DNA of 64,000 nt from Spongospora subterranea f. sp. subterranea (taxonomy: Eukaryota): the NCBI GenBank assembly GCA_049724395.1, contig JAUGWO010000033.1, forward strand, positions 62,001 to 126,000, in the 5' to 3' direction. Each line of letters begins with the position of its first letter. Within the stretch, counting starts at the first letter, position 1. Position numbers and translations under genes: made by a program. This document shows positions 49,601-63,161 of the stretch, one piece after another. The notes below the pieces were generated by a model that was not told where the DNA came from, searched no databases, and was given only the letters and a program-made list of their open reading frames with translations.

Positions 49601-52498
49601 GCAGGAAAACCGGCTTATTGAAGAACAAATTTCCAATTTGAACGACTCATTAATCGAAACCTTGGAAGAGAAAGAGAAGCTCTTAGAAGACAACGCTAGT
49701 ATCCGCCACGTATCACAGTTTTTGCCTCGGTTGTTAAATCTTCCTGACGTGATTATATAGATGTTGGGTGTTGTTGAGGACCAACTTAGCAACATCAAAC
49801 GGCAAGTATTAGATGGCGTGAAGCGAGAGTTGCAATTATCGGACTCGTTGACGAAGCTTTCTCACCGGTACAATGAGGACATCAACAGATCTCAGGGTTG
49901 CCCATTATCTATTGCTGAATGTTGCAAACGCAATCTCATATATTTTCCAGAGGAATTAGCGATTGCGAAGAAGACAATCGAATCGCTCGTTGATGAACAA
50001 TCAGTCCAACTAGGCAGTTTGCGTTCTTTCGAAGAATTGGAACAGGTTTTCGATGCTGGTCGCCTGGAAGTTATTCGTTTGTCGAGCGAGAATAGTAGAA
50101 TAATTGCGCTTCTTGACGCCACCCGCGATGCTGGCAATGACAGCCAGGAACAGCTCGCTCAATTGCAAAAGGAGACCCAGATAAAGGTAGCTTTTCGAAT
50201 TGTGTCCTGCAAGCATAACTGATGTAGTCTCAGGATGACAACTTAGTATCTTTGAAGGTCCAAGTAACTGATTTACAATCCAAAATGCTGGTTTTGCAGC
50301 AGTCGAAAGAACGGGATGCTAACCAGCAGCTTTCTCGAATATTGGCTCTTAACACGGAGCTTGAACAAGTATCAGAACTTGCTTCGGTACGGATGGCAGA
50401 AATTGAGACCCTGCGCACGGAAATGGTTCGGCGTACTCCGATGAAAGTGATCGACGAGAATGGACGCAAAGCTCACAGTCCGTCAATGAGGTGTGAGTTT
50501 TGAAAATGATTGGCAATTTCTCACAGTTGTTCACAGCGACTCTGGAGGACATGCGGGCAATTCGCTATCAGAGTCGACTGTCGATTTGAATGAACCTTCC
50601 ACGGTTTCTTCCAGAGATCCGAGTCCGTTACTTGCTCGTACCCTCTCCAATGTGTCAGGATCATCGAGCTCATGGCGGTTCAAATCAAACTCCAAATTCA
50701 GCGGCTGAACTATCGTTTGCTAGCATGCCTTCATCCAGGGAATCATCCCCTGGTCAAATGATACCGATGCTGTCAAGACCATCTGTTGGTTATTCGCTCA
50801 CATTTACGAAATTTTTGTTGGTAACATGTAGTTAGCCATCAGTTCCTTTACGAGGCCCTCCTGCTTTCGGCCGACCACCCCATCTTACTCGGACCCTGAG
50901 CAACGGAATGCGACCTATGTATATCCGGTCATCAAGAACGCCCTCGTTTCCCAGTTCGCGCGGAGTGTCAGCTTCCAGCGCTTCTGAAAATGACGAAATG
51001 GTCAAGCAGGAGGAGTCTGATAACTCTGCCTCACAGTTGGCGCTGTCGGATATATCAGCGCATATAGAGGAGGAATCCGGTTTTGGTATAGGTGTGTCAA
51101 CTATTTCGAATGTTCAAACAGATGCTAATGCAAGTTATAACGGCAGAGGTCACCGCTCCAAATGAATCATCACAGACTTATTCGCCTGCGGCTTCTACTC
51201 GTTCGGTTTCGCCTCCTCAACCTGCACACCCTCAGCCTATACGTCCTGCGTCACACTTCCAACCGGCACGACCCGCCTCGTCCCCGCAACCATCGAGTTC
51301 AGAAACCGTTCCAAGGCGTCCTTCAAAGCCCAGCGAGCCATCGCGGGGCCCTCTTTCTGCACGCGGAGCTTCTCGATTTCCCCCTGTTGCGAGACGACCT
51401 ATGATGCCACAGCCCATCCGCCGCCATATGATTCCATCTAATCCTGTTGACACGAATGTTGACAGGGCCACTCTCAACATGGATAATCACGATTCGTCAT
51501 CAGAGATTCGTCGTGACTTGTTACTCTCTGTATCAACTCCTGGCCGAAACGTCCCTGCGCTTTCTAGGACTATGCCCTCTGCTTCGCCCAGGTTGCCCTC
51601 TTCTCCTGGTCCTGATGGACAAAAGTCTGAAACTCACATCCGCGCTTCTCCATCTCCCGAAGGTTTGGAGGACCGATCGTCAACGACGGCGGCTCCACCG
51701 CCAGCATCCAGAAGTACTTCATCCCTTCCTAATGGGCCTCCAGTACGACGCCCATTGCAGTTCCGACGAGCGCCAAACATGCCTACGCGGATGCCTGGCA
51801 ATAGTGTTCCTGTTGCTAAACCTGCTGCTGATGTGCCGGCTACGGTTTTAGCTCCAGCATCGACTGGCGATTCTACGACTGGTGCTCTGAAAACCAGTCA
51901 AATGCATCAAGGCAACAATGGCAAAGGTTCTCAAAGATCGCTTTCGACGCCACCGATGCAGCCACTGCGAGTCAATTCTACTGCAGACCAGACAAAGCCT
52001 TCGCTGTCCCCTCCAAGGTCGGCTTCTCTTTTCCGGAGACTAGTTGGAGCTAAATCGGATGTATCCTCTGGCTCCGTGAAAACCGAGTTCGTTTTCAGCC
52101 CATCAAGCGGCGTGTGGGTGCCAGAAGGGTCCAGTGACATTTTAGATAACTCGACCACTAATGTCATGGATAGTGTTAAGCGATTGCGCTCAAAAATCCA
52201 TGAAACCCAAGAAACAATGTCGTCCACTCGTGCATCCCTTAATTTAGATGGATATTCTAAAGGTTCGAAAATTGTTGATACCCCGATCAGTTTAGAGCAT
52301 TGGGCGGAAGCGAAAGCGCTCCTTCGCGAGTGTCAGCAGAAACTTTCAACGGCAGACCCTCTTTATGCCAAAATTGCAAAATTCTTTAACGAAGTCTCCA
52401 GCGGTCATGAAGCAGTTCCAGATGCAGTATCTCAACTGGAAGACCTTTTGCAATCTGTCCAGGTGAACAGTCTTCAAAAATGCAAATTATTGAGTTGA
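46608..52498 (+). CDS. Large protein: N-terminal RING finger, long coiled coil, Ser/Pro-rich disordered C-terminal region, multi-exon
   Basis: MAACSICDKDIAKTDEIVSRPCCQ|ATVHSSCIQGY...CPICRQQ across intron 46681-46797, E/K/L-rich heptad exons at 47.2-50.5 kb, and a 468-codon final ORF. That all exons form one gene is inferred. Confidence 0.7.
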
Positions 52499-52871
52499 TG
52501 CGATTGTCTGAACAGAAAAGCGAAAACGTTCGTCCTGACTCTCCTAGACCAGGGAGTGGCGGCTGTGGTGTAATATTCATGTAAGCTGCATGTTTTCCGA
52601 GTTAGATGGCGTTGGTTGACACGAGGTTTTTCAGTTTGACACTGTTCGTTGCTTTGTTGGCGGTCTTTCTTGTTTATCAAGAGCATCTAGAACCTCGAAC
52701 CGTAGTTAGGTTTGTTAATGACTTTTTTTCGAATTCGACGACTACCGGGGATAATTTAGAATTATAAATTCCGTTTGTTCATTGTTAGTGAGCAAAGTCA
52801 TCGCCCAGATCATTGTATTTCTTATTAAAATCTAAGCCAGTAATTCTATGCAATTTGAAGACATAATGTTT

Positions 52872-55090
52872 TTATCGAATTGATTCTGGGCTCTGAATTG
52901 ACCCCGTCCGACCCTTCCCCAGAGCTCTATACTCGCTATAATTACCAGCAAACATTCGTACCGTGCCATCAGATTCAAATGCTAATATGTGTGTGCATGT
53001 GCGGTCTAAGAACCATCGGTCGTGGGATACTATAATAGCCGATCCAGGGAAATCCTCTAGACCTTCCTAGGAGCGTCACTGATAAATTAAGAGTGGATTG
53101 CATGGCAAACAATTCACAAACGGACCTCTAACGCCCTTAGCGTAGTTACATCCAGGTCGTTTGTCGGCTCATCTGGAAAAATTCAAATTCAGACGTTGTG
53201 GCAGAGCAATACAGTGATAGTCTGACCTAGGATCAACAAATTACATCCATTCCTCAACAATTTCGCTAGATGAACTCGATTTCTCTCTCCACCGCTCAAC
53301 TGTCCTATCAGCTTCTCTTGGTCAGTTCCTGTGAAATTGAATTGTGCCACATATTGTCTGGCTGGCATCATCATGCGTCCGACACGAACGGGCTGTAAAT
53401 CCGGAACCTGCACAGGGCTCAATCCTGACACGATCCGGACAAACAGATTGGCTCACAATCTCGCGAAATACAGATTGGGTTGGGTCTAGCTCAGCACGTG
53501 ATTGCAGAACATATCCCACTTCAACAGTGGACCCTAACGCGATTGACCCAGTATCTGGGGTAAGTTCTCCCACCAACATCCGCAACAATGTCGATTTTCC
53601 AGTTCCGTTAGCGCCGACGATCTGAGCAAAACGATGGGATTTTTTTTTGAAAATGGATTGGAAAAACGCAATCGTACCCCGATGATAGCGCCGGGCTCAA
53701 CAGTAAATGACAAATTCGAAATTAGGGTTCGCCCATCGAATGATTTGCTGACGTTATTACATTCGAGAACCCGATCACCGAGACGTCGACCGTGTGGGAT
53801 GATCAGTTTCCCTCTCGCCAGGCTATTGTTGACGCGGGATTCGCTTTTCGCCTCATCCACAAGGGCTTCAAACTGTTTCATTCTGGCTTTGCTGGCAATT
53901 TGTCGTCCGCCTTTGCGAATCCACTCGAGTTCGGCTGCGATCTGGTCACGAGGTTCACGCCATGCAATCATTTTGAGTTCAATGGATTTTGTACCTGAGC
54001 TTCCTTACCGGACAGCGTCCTCTGTTGTACCGACGTTCGAAGAACGCTCTGCTCAAGAAATTTGGAATAATTTCCAGTGTGGGTTTGGACCGAGGCTGTG
54101 TTCGCCTCGAATATCGACGTGGCCACGTTGTCAAGGAAATAACGATCGTGGGTGACGGCTAGAACTGTTCCTTTGTAGCTGTGTAGATACTGTGCAGGAA
54201 TCAACATCAGAGCGATATGTAGTTGATCGAAGCAAAATTACCTTTTCCAGCCAAGCAACCGACATGGCGTCCATGTGATTGGTCTAAACGTCAGTTGTTG
54301 GGCAATTCAGGTCCGTATTTGGTGATACTAGAAAATACCGGTTCATCGAGAAGTAGGAAATCTGCAGCCGATAGAAGCATGGCGCAAAGAGCGACACGAC
54401 GCTTTTCGCCTCCAGATAAAGGTCCGACAATACAATCCGGCGGTGGACAGCATAATGCAGCCATGAATACAGATATTCGCCGATCCAGATTCCATAAATC
54501 TGAAAATAGCCTTTGATCAGGGTTTCGGAACTTCAGGAAATTGATTCAAATCGAAACAAACCGTTCTCGTCGATGATGGCTTGAAGCGACGACTGCTGTT
54601 CTACAAGGGCTTCAATGTCGGCGTCGGGCTCGGCGAATTTCATCGAGACCTGTTCGAACTGATCGAGCAGATCAAAGTGCTTGTGCAGCCGTTGGCGAAT
54701 ATTATCCAGAACGGATATTTTGGGATCGAGGTGCGGCTCTTGATCTAGATATGCCACTGTCATGTCCTGTGAACGAGATATTTCCCCATCGTATTCGTTA
54801 TCAAACCCTGAAACCGGATCAGAAACCATCAAGATAAGAGGAGATTCGGTCAGGAACGGTATCTCACCAGCGATTATCTTCAACAAGGATGATTTTCCAA
54901 TCCCATTTGGTCCAACCATACCGATCTTGGCTCCTTTTGAAAACGTGAGATTGACACCGTTGGCGAACAGAACTCGATCTGGCGATAATCGTTTGGAAAC
55001 CGCGTTTAATGTACAGATGATTGGGTTGGTTGAATGATAGCGGATATGAGTGTAGCGGGTGATTGCCCTGAACGAGACCATAATGGGCAT
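52872..55090 (-). CDS. ettA: EttA/YjjK-type ABC-F ATPase with N-terminal transit-peptide-like extension, multi-exon
   Basis: [23 protein letters not shown]...[102 protein letters not shown]. No transmembrane domains. Confidence 0.88.
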
Positions 55091-56241
55091 GATGATGTGT
55101 CAGGCCTCCCTTTTCACCCGTAATCAGGTCCAGCAGATGGCGATGCAGTTGCCGGGGCGGGACGGTCGGCCAGCAGTGGTAGGGTAACGGGGTCTGACGG
55201 GGAATACCTGTCGGGGTTATGTACACTGGGTAGGATGATAGCCCCTACCTGCCACCTACCTGGTTTACAGACAACTCCCAGATCGTGGTAAGTTCAATGG
55301 TTGGAGGAAGCGTCGTCATCGGTGATGGCAATGTCATCCCATGCAATTGAGATTGTCGCTATTAGTGGAATATACCAGCGAGGAGATCTCAATCTGGTCT
55401 CCAGAGGACTACACAAAGGAGGGTTGTGTCGCTTTGACGACAATGTCCAAAAACAATGTGGCATTGACCTCAATGAGTTCGTGGCGTTTAGTCTTCTGGA
55501 AGGCGAGCTTGATTGATCCTCAGTGTGATGATTGTAGGGACCATCTCTATTGCAACCATTCTGTTGCCGTTGGCCCCATCCAGATATTCAACCGGTCTTC
55601 AACACTTGACCAAGAATGTCGCCATTTGTGTTACCACTACAACCCCCCCCCCCCCCTGGCTGTTAAAGATCACTTCACAGACAGGGTTGTTTCTGACAAT
55701 GAAGGCGATGAAATCGCCGCACAGCATTGTTATTGGTGAGATTGTGATCCATACCCAATTAAGACGCCATTGGACCGTCATTCACTGTTCAAAGAGCCAA
55801 TCGTCATGATATTCTGCTCAATGGTCTGTGCCATCATTTCCTGTCATGTTATCGCTGTCGGTATATTGGATCGAATATCACCCTCCAGCACGTATTCGGG
55901 TGTGTCTTGCAATAATCGTGTTCATGTGATTGACAATAATGGGATTGCCCATGTGCCTCAATGTTATCAGTCAATAACAGCAGTGCCGATTGTGATCAAT
56001 GGACAGCACCCTCAGTTGATGATCTGATTCATTAACACCATTGTATTCAATAACAAACATATCAACGGGTTCCTCATATTTTCACAACGTTATGTCAGAG
56101 CAATTTCCAAGATGCGACAACGACCTTCAGCAAAGCAAAATCGCCAGGGTTCGAATTATGGCGAATATCGATATCCTATTCGATATCTGTGGGCAGTTTC
56201 CCCCCAACGTCATGTGTGTTGTACCCGATATAAATTATGGA

Positions 56242-57630
56242 CTATATTCTGATCATTTTCCTAATCCAGAAGGAGAGCATATCGACCCAGACGTCCCTAG
56301 TTCGTTCATCTATCGCCTCTAATTCAATGCACCGCCCTTTGGTCACGATCTTCAGTCGTTTGTTAAGTTTCCCCGAGTAGTCGCCCTGGACGAAGGCGAT
56401 GTCGGTGAGATTGGTCTGCCCCTTAACCCGTCCCTTCTTCTCGTCCTTCCACTGCAGTATCTGCATATCGCCAGTGCACGACACCTTCCTTGGCACCGAC
56501 GACCCCCTTTTCAGTTTGATGAACATGTCGCCGGCGGTCAACACGTCCTCGCAGGTCTGCCGTCTCATCACCAGTTTCTGTCGCTCGGCCTGATCCTGTA
56601 ATCTCATCTGTTCCTGCATGTTGTTCTGATCCCGCCGCTCCAGCAGCCATCGTAGTCCATCATTCCAGGTGGCGATAGTCCCCATCTCGTCCGACTCCAA
56701 CGTCAATGACCGGTTCGACCCGATAATGAACAGTTTAAGGTGTCTGGGAACCGTTAGATCGCTATAAACCTTATCGATTCCCTGAATCCTGATAAACCCT
56801 TTAATATGATCTGGATCCAGCGGTAATCCCCACATGATTTTATCCAGCGAACGAGTGCAGCGCACCAGGCGACGACTGGCCGTCCCCTTCTTGATCTTCT
56901 TGAACACCTCCCCTTTCCTCAATATCTCCTTCATATTCACCTGCAGATCGGCCCGATTCCTTCCCTGATCGTGGTTCCTGTCGACCGTCTCCTGGATCGC
57001 CGAGATCTTCTTCATCCACTCATCGAGCACTTCCCGACTCCCGAAATCCATCAAGATCTGTCGTTTCCCTTGTTCTGCCACACTAATCACGGTCGGATCG
57101 CGCCTCCTGATATTCGTTCGCCAATCGGATAAATCGGCCGAGAATTCCGGCATTTGATCCTGAACAAAGACGACAAACGACGGTGAGAAATCGGAATGGA
57201 AATCTTTGATGATGATGAATACGGGATCATCAGGATAACACCATATTATCGCCTGATCCAATATTATATACCGATCGACCCAGATATCGCCATACAGATG
57301 AGGGCAACGAACACCAACGCGACATTCGTTGGCGGTTGAGGGCGACGAGGGCGGGGAATCCGGGACGGGAGGTGTCAATGATGGATGGCGATGAGGAGGT
57401 GGCGCTGGCAATAATCCACATAGGACCTGCAATAGGTGCCGGGCTCGTTTGTAGTCGTCGCCGGGGGAGAATAGCGACAACAGGTCGTCCATCTCGCGCT
57501 GGTTGCATCGCGATATGCTGTCGAGGTGGTCGTAGCCCAGGTCGAGCAGCGTGTCGGAATAGGACGAGAGGTTCATTGACGACAGCCACGACCGCACCTG
57601 CTCCACCGATTGATCATAGGTCAACCCCAT
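56242..57630 (-). CDS. SAM domain + multiple PH-like domain protein
   Basis: VRSWLSSMNLSSYSDTLLDLGYDHL (SAM), a Pro-rich linker, then PH-like units ending in Trp helices (EWMKKI, TWNDGLRWL, VWVDMLSFW). May contain small in-frame introns. Confidence 0.75.
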   Translation of the reverse strand: MGLTYDQSVEQVRSWLSSMNLSSYSDTLLDLGYDHLDSISRCNQREMDDLLSLFSPGDDYKRARHLLQVLCGLLPAPPPHRHPSLTPPVPDSPPSSPSTANECRVGVRCPHLYGDIWVDRYIILDQAIIWCYPDDPVFIIIKDFHSDFSPSFVVFVQDQMPEFSADLSDWRTNIRRRDPTVISVAEQGKRQILMDFGSREVLDEWMKKISAIQETVDRNHDQGRNRADLQVNMKEILRKGEVFKKIKKGTASRRLVRCTRSLDKIMWGLPLDPDHIKGFIRIQGIDKVYSDLTVPRHLKLFIIGSNRSLTLESDEMGTIATWNDGLRWLLERRDQNNMQEQMRLQDQAERQKLVMRRQTCEDVLTAGDMFIKLKRGSSVPRKVSCTGDMQILQWKDEKKGRVKGQTNLTDIAFVQGDYSGKLNKRLKIVTKGRCIELEAIDERTRDVWVDMLSFWIRKMIRI

Positions 57631-57785
57631 ATCGCTGGGAATAACATGTGATCGGATCCGAACCGGGAGATATTATCGCCATCGTGAATCGATCCAATTA
57701 CAATGACCAAAACAATGGCAGTTTTATCGCCGAACACCGAAGCGATGTTGTTGGACCCAGATCTACTATATGATAAACACTGATT

Positions 57786-58852
57786 TTAATTCCATTGATA
57801 GAGGTCGTGAACGAATTTGGCGTATGAGATGGCGCCTTCAGTATCGGGATCGTGATCAGCGAATAGCGCTTGACTCTCTTTCTCGGGCATCAGTATCCCG
57901 AATCGTTCCAGCGCTTTCGACCATTCCTGGAACTTGACCTTCCCAGTGTCCTCGATATCAAAATGGCGAAACACTCTCGTTAGCGTATACGCTTCGGATT
58001 CCTGTCCCCGCGTCTTCTGTCGAATTTTCTCCTTTAAAACCTGCCCGACAGACGCCAGATACGCTGGGTCGATCGGAACGTCGTCGCTCGACGCTTCCGC
58101 TTTCACCGAAATCTTGAACACATTGTTGACCACCTCCGCGAACCGTTGATCGTCCAACGGGATTGACGCGCTGATGTAGTCGAACATCGCCATGAACCGA
58201 TCGTGACTGATCACGTCGCCCTCGGCGAACGACTCGAAATTGTCGACGAACTCGTTCTTGATGGCGATGGCGGATTTGTCGTGCGCGAGGACCTTGGGAT
58301 GGTGCTCAGGATGGAATCGCGATAGAAGATGGGCGATCGGGACGGCGTTGTTAATGGCCAATGACTCAAACACAGAGTGGACAAGACCATGGCGATATGG
58401 GCTCATCGGTGGCGCCAGGCTGTGAAGAAAGGACTGGATTGAGATCAACCCTGTCGATTGCGCATCGAACCGCTTGTTCAGCAGCGCCAGCTGAGACAAC
58501 GGCAGGAACAGCCCGATTCGGGCCAATAATTGCTCGAACTCCTGAAAACACCATGTCGAGTTAATCAAAACAGTGACCAATAACGAAGGTAAAGCCGCTT
58601 TGGAACTCTCCAACCGAAATCCATTTTCGCGATCGGGAAATTTGTTTGGAACAGTGACCGAAGATGGATATTGTGAATGATCTGCAGGTTGTGAATACTC
58701 ACAGCGTAGTTGATGAGATCAGGTTCGTTAAGGGCATAACTGCGAAACGCTCTCTCGACTAGCAACATGCAGTTATGGCCTTTCTTACAGAGCTCGATCC
58801 GCATCCGGAGCAGGATATTGTCGAGTTCGACCTGGACGGCGGTCATGACCAT
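57786..58852 (-). CDS. Calcyphosin-like EF-hand protein
   Basis: PPMSPYRHGLVHSVF, HPEHHPKV, ISASIPLDDQRF (calcyphosin hallmarks) and FRHFDIEDTGKVKFQEW / HDPDTEGAISYAKF EF-hands. One intron follows NYA. Confidence 0.8.
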
Positions 58853-60781
58853 TATAGGACGGTCCCTAGTGATGTTAACCAGGGTGGGTGTTCGCTCAAT
58901 CACAATAAACAGTGTGTTCGATGACGGATCGATAACTGTACCGATCCTGCGAACCCCATCAAAATATCGGCACCGCTTGTTGGTCGGGAAGGGGATATCA
59001 GTTTGGTATGGTCATCGCAACCACGATTTACCCATTTCCGGATTACGTCATAATTCCCGATCAAATAGCGAACCACTAAATGATTCAGTGCAGTCGACGA
59101 TTGACAGTGTTTCCGGTCGATCTGACCGATATTGTTCCTGTTATCTCATGTTATTCACTATCGTGTTGGGTATAATATCACCCCGAGAGTTCTCAACTAC
59201 ATTCAACACATCGGCCACGTGTTCATGGGGTTGACCTACTCCCCAAACAAGACCTTATCTATTTAGTATTCCATTGAATCCCTAAATGGCACAAATCGGC
59301 CATCGCCACCTAACAAATCACATTGGCCAATAGAACATGAGGGATTTATCGACATCTTTTACGAAGGTCTTTAGTGGTCCCATGGATGTTTGACCAGTTG
59401 ATTTTGATCATTGATATAACGCTTTAGCTCTTGTAAAGCAATCAATTACCTCGGATAACTGAAGGATTGGAAAACGGTGGTAGTTGATGAAAGAGGATGA
59501 TGTCGTTTGATGATCGATGGGAAGGGTGTGATTTTACATCTGATATAACCATTGATAAGGGGTGGGATATACACGAGGATGGCCAAGTAATTCGACAGAA
59601 CCGACTGTCCTGGTCCAACGTCACCACTTTCAGTCGTCCATGGTCAAGAAAACGCCCTTTTCATTTACTCGACAATGGAACACCATCCTCCTTTTCCATC
59701 GTCGATTGGTCGAGATCAGACACCTCCTTCCTTATCCCTTTATCCGGTTCGTCGAACCGCGACACAGAACCGCGTCTGAAGTTGACTTGAAAGGTTCTGC
59801 CTAAGGTCGCTCCTTCACGTCCTTCCTTACTAATACACCAATCAATTTACTGATCAATATTAGTCATTGGCTTTGACATAAACGGTAAGTGATGGCCCCC
59901 CCATCGAACGGGCGGTCAACAACCTGTTTAAATCAACGGGTGACACATATATGGATTGTACTGTTGTCCTAATAGGGATGAATCCCCACCACACTATTCT
60001 CTGGTACTAACAATCTGATGAAGGATTTATTCCCCTTTGTGATTTGTTGACGTTGATATTTACCTATACTTTACATGTGTGGTCCATCACATAATCCGAC
60101 TGTTTTCGTTCTGTTGCCAGTCTTGTTTGGTGTTATTGGTGTCATCTTGATTAATTGGGTCAGTCCATTGTGACTATTGGAGTTGAGAATTTTCCATTGA
60201 TGTGGTGTGATAACATACCGTGTTTCTCCAGTCGCTGCTATATTGACACTCATGGAATGAACTTCGTTGATCATCTTTGTAAAATAGTGGTGTATGGTGG
60301 TGTTCGCCTGGCTTATCGTGATGATATTCATCTTATGCTGTCTCTGGGTGAAACTTGGGGTCGAAAATGATTTATGCCTCCTCCGCTTGACACTGTTTTT
60401 GCTAACCATTCTTGTTGCGACGAAAAATCGGGTTGTCGAAGCAGTAAACGCGAATCGTTCACATCCCAGAAGTGGGTCACAGGCACCTTTCGCTAAGATT
60501 TTGACGAATTCCTTTTTGGACAGGGACGTTAATTGCACGACCAGACTCAGTGGTAAACTGCATATCTTGAGTATCCACCTTCTCCATCCTCACCTCACAT
60601 GCGCTACAGTTTTTCCACCATCGGGAAGATTTAATATACTCTATCGGCAGGAACGCCTCGGTACTGGAGTAGCCAGTTGCAAACAACAAGGATTGGAAAA
60701 AAGGGACTGTATTGATGAGAGAGGAAGATTCACCCATCCTGCGATCAGAAACTTAGTTCGCGCTAACGCTGCGGCACTACA

Positions 60782-63161
60782 TTCCCCTCGTTCAAAGTTG
60801 AAAGTTAGATTCATCACTGAAGGAATCTTTGAACGCCCTTTAATAAACGGTGGAAGTGTACTGGACACTCATGCAGTTAATTCTGGACAGGCTCCCACGA
60901 GTCTACCGACTCTTCGAAGCCTCGCCAGCGAATTTTTGACAGACCAAGTTCCATCTTCAAGTTCACTCTCCGTCGAGAATTTCTTCAACCTCGTATCCTT
61001 GATCATGACCGGCAATTTGGTCGAATAAATCGGAATTTACATCCAAAGAACCATCACAGTAAAATCGCACTCTGTGGGTATGGGATTCGAACACTGTTTT
61101 AAAAACTAGGTGTTCTAGTTTGACGATGAATTCCGTTACGATTTCAATTATCCTGGGAGGACCTCTCCAGATTGAGGATAGCGATCCATCTGTAGCACGT
61201 TTGATGACAGAATACAGCACGTAGTCACCAACTTGGAAGTTAGCAACAGGGGCATGTCGATGTCGGTTTTGTCGTTCCCGATTGCCGGTACGAACTAAAA
61301 GGACTTTGCTGTGCATGTTCTCGAACTAGATCTTATAGCAGAGACGTAAGCTTCTAGACGTTCCGGGGAAAGCTTCACATTCAGAATCCAATGTTGCTGC
61401 GGTGACCAAACAACGTCCAATGGTGATGATGGCTCAGATCCATGGCATAGTGTAATCGGAGCAAACTTCAAGGTTGACGATATGGTATTATTTTTTACTG
61501 GACCAATGGAATCAACGAAGGCCAGTGTTTAATGGGCAATCGGAACTCTGAGCATAAAGAACGCAGTGCTGAAAGAATGTTGGCATCTGCCTCAAGGACA
61601 GAATGCCAAATGAAAGTGATACTTGGCTTGCAGCTTTAAACACACTTCCTCAATTATTTGATTTACTAAATGCTTCCCTTGGTCGGATACCCATAGCACC
61701 GGGACGTCGTTACTCGAACATCAATCAACGATAGCTTCCGCTGTGTGAGAAGAATTAGGAGAATTTGTAGGAAACAAGTCAATATACCCGGAAACCCGAT
61801 CTCTGGTGACCAGTAACTGCTTGATCACATTGTTTGATAATCCTACGTAAAAATAATTAAATTCGATAATATGATTAGGGTATTGAGCCTCGGCAGTAGC
61901 GCCGAACGGGCGAGGGACTCTCTCCCCGGCTTTACCAGGAAGGCAATGGAGGCATTGCCGTACAAAATCTTCAACGCTTTGCCGCATGTTTTTCCAGAAA
62001 AAACGGGAAACAAGCGCTTCAAGAGTAGACTTTTGGCCACGATGGCCGGCGGATCCTGAATGTGCAATTATCAACAAACGAGATTGTAAGGTAGACGACG
62101 AATAAGGTATCCAATAAACTAATTTGTTTGTGACGAACAGGCCTTGCGAATTTCTGGTAAATTCATTTCCTGCGACAATCAAGGACCATTGGTCAGCACC
62201 AATCTCGCTCCGTTGCTCCGCTTTTATATCCTCCAGAGTTGGCCATGTAAGATCCTCTTGGTCTAAAGAATTTATGACATTATGTGGAATTCTAGCACGA
62301 TGGAGACGGGTTACGTTGGTAAAATGAGATGAAGCCCAACGCGAAAGCATATCAGCCCAAACATTGTTTCGCCTGGAATGTGTTCGATAATATACGATAA
62401 TGATTCCAATCTCAGCGACCAACGGTGCAATTTGTCGAGTGTATGTTGCTTGAAAGGTTATACCAGGAGAGAAAGGATTGAAAAGAAACATGAGATTCTT
62501 GTGATTAGTGAAAATCCTGAACGGAAGTCAGGTGACAAGTAGATAATCGAACCTTTGAACAGCGTCAACTTTTGGATACGCCTCTTTCTCCGGAATCGCA
62601 TATCTCAATGCGGGACATTTGAAGGAAGAACTGAAAAGGCTCATGACTGTGCTCGGATAATTGTTTGCGAAGTTCGCTGGGGTGAACTTGCGTTATTATT
62701 ATAGACTATGACTTTGCAGAAGCGTCAGTAAAGGAACAGCGAATTGAATCTTCACGTGCATGTGCTAAAGTTGCAGAATGAGATATTGCGTTGATGGTGG
62801 CTCAAAAGGAGTCTTCATGGATTGAATCCCATTCAAGAAGAGATATCGGAATCTTACGGGCAGCGAACTTGTTGCGTTTCTTTGCTCCAGCCATAAGGTT
62901 TTCGAGTAATTGTCGAAGGGGCTGGATGAGCGGTTTGAATTCGATATGTGAACTTAGCCACCTTAATGCACATATAAATTGCATTAAATCAGCAGCGGTG
63001 CTTGGAACGGGCATGTTGGTGAATGCAGATATCTCCGCAGAATCATGACGGCAACCGTGTATTGAATAAATTTTTCCACAATGTTTGGCTTCAAGTAGGT
63101 AGAAAGAGCATCGTGAAGCGTTCAACTTAAGACCGAAGTCATGACATCCAACGAAAACTGA
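60782..63161 (-). mobile_element. Degenerate Ty3/Gypsy (chromovirus-like) LTR retrotransposon pol fragment
   Basis: RT/RNase H remnants ([21 protein letters not shown]), integrase HHCC ([10 protein letters not shown]...CLHC), GPY/F-like WRGPPRI, chromodomain YEVEEILD...RWRGFEESVDSWEP, and a purine tract GAGGGGAA followed by TGTAG at 60781. Many stops and frameshifts. Confidence 0.9.

Noticed and set aside
55643..55656. C14 homopolymer and surrounding ORFs (55301-56322)
   Set aside because: A simple repeat; the flanking ORFs lack motifs and consistent splicing.
59250..60781. Complete 3' LTR of the Gypsy element
   Set aside because: A PPT followed by TGTAG is visible at 60781, but I could not find the matching CTACA end, so the LTR extent is not called.
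60294..61028. 244-aa + strand ORF
   Set aside because: It lies antisense to the Gypsy chromodomain/PPT region and has no protein-family features.
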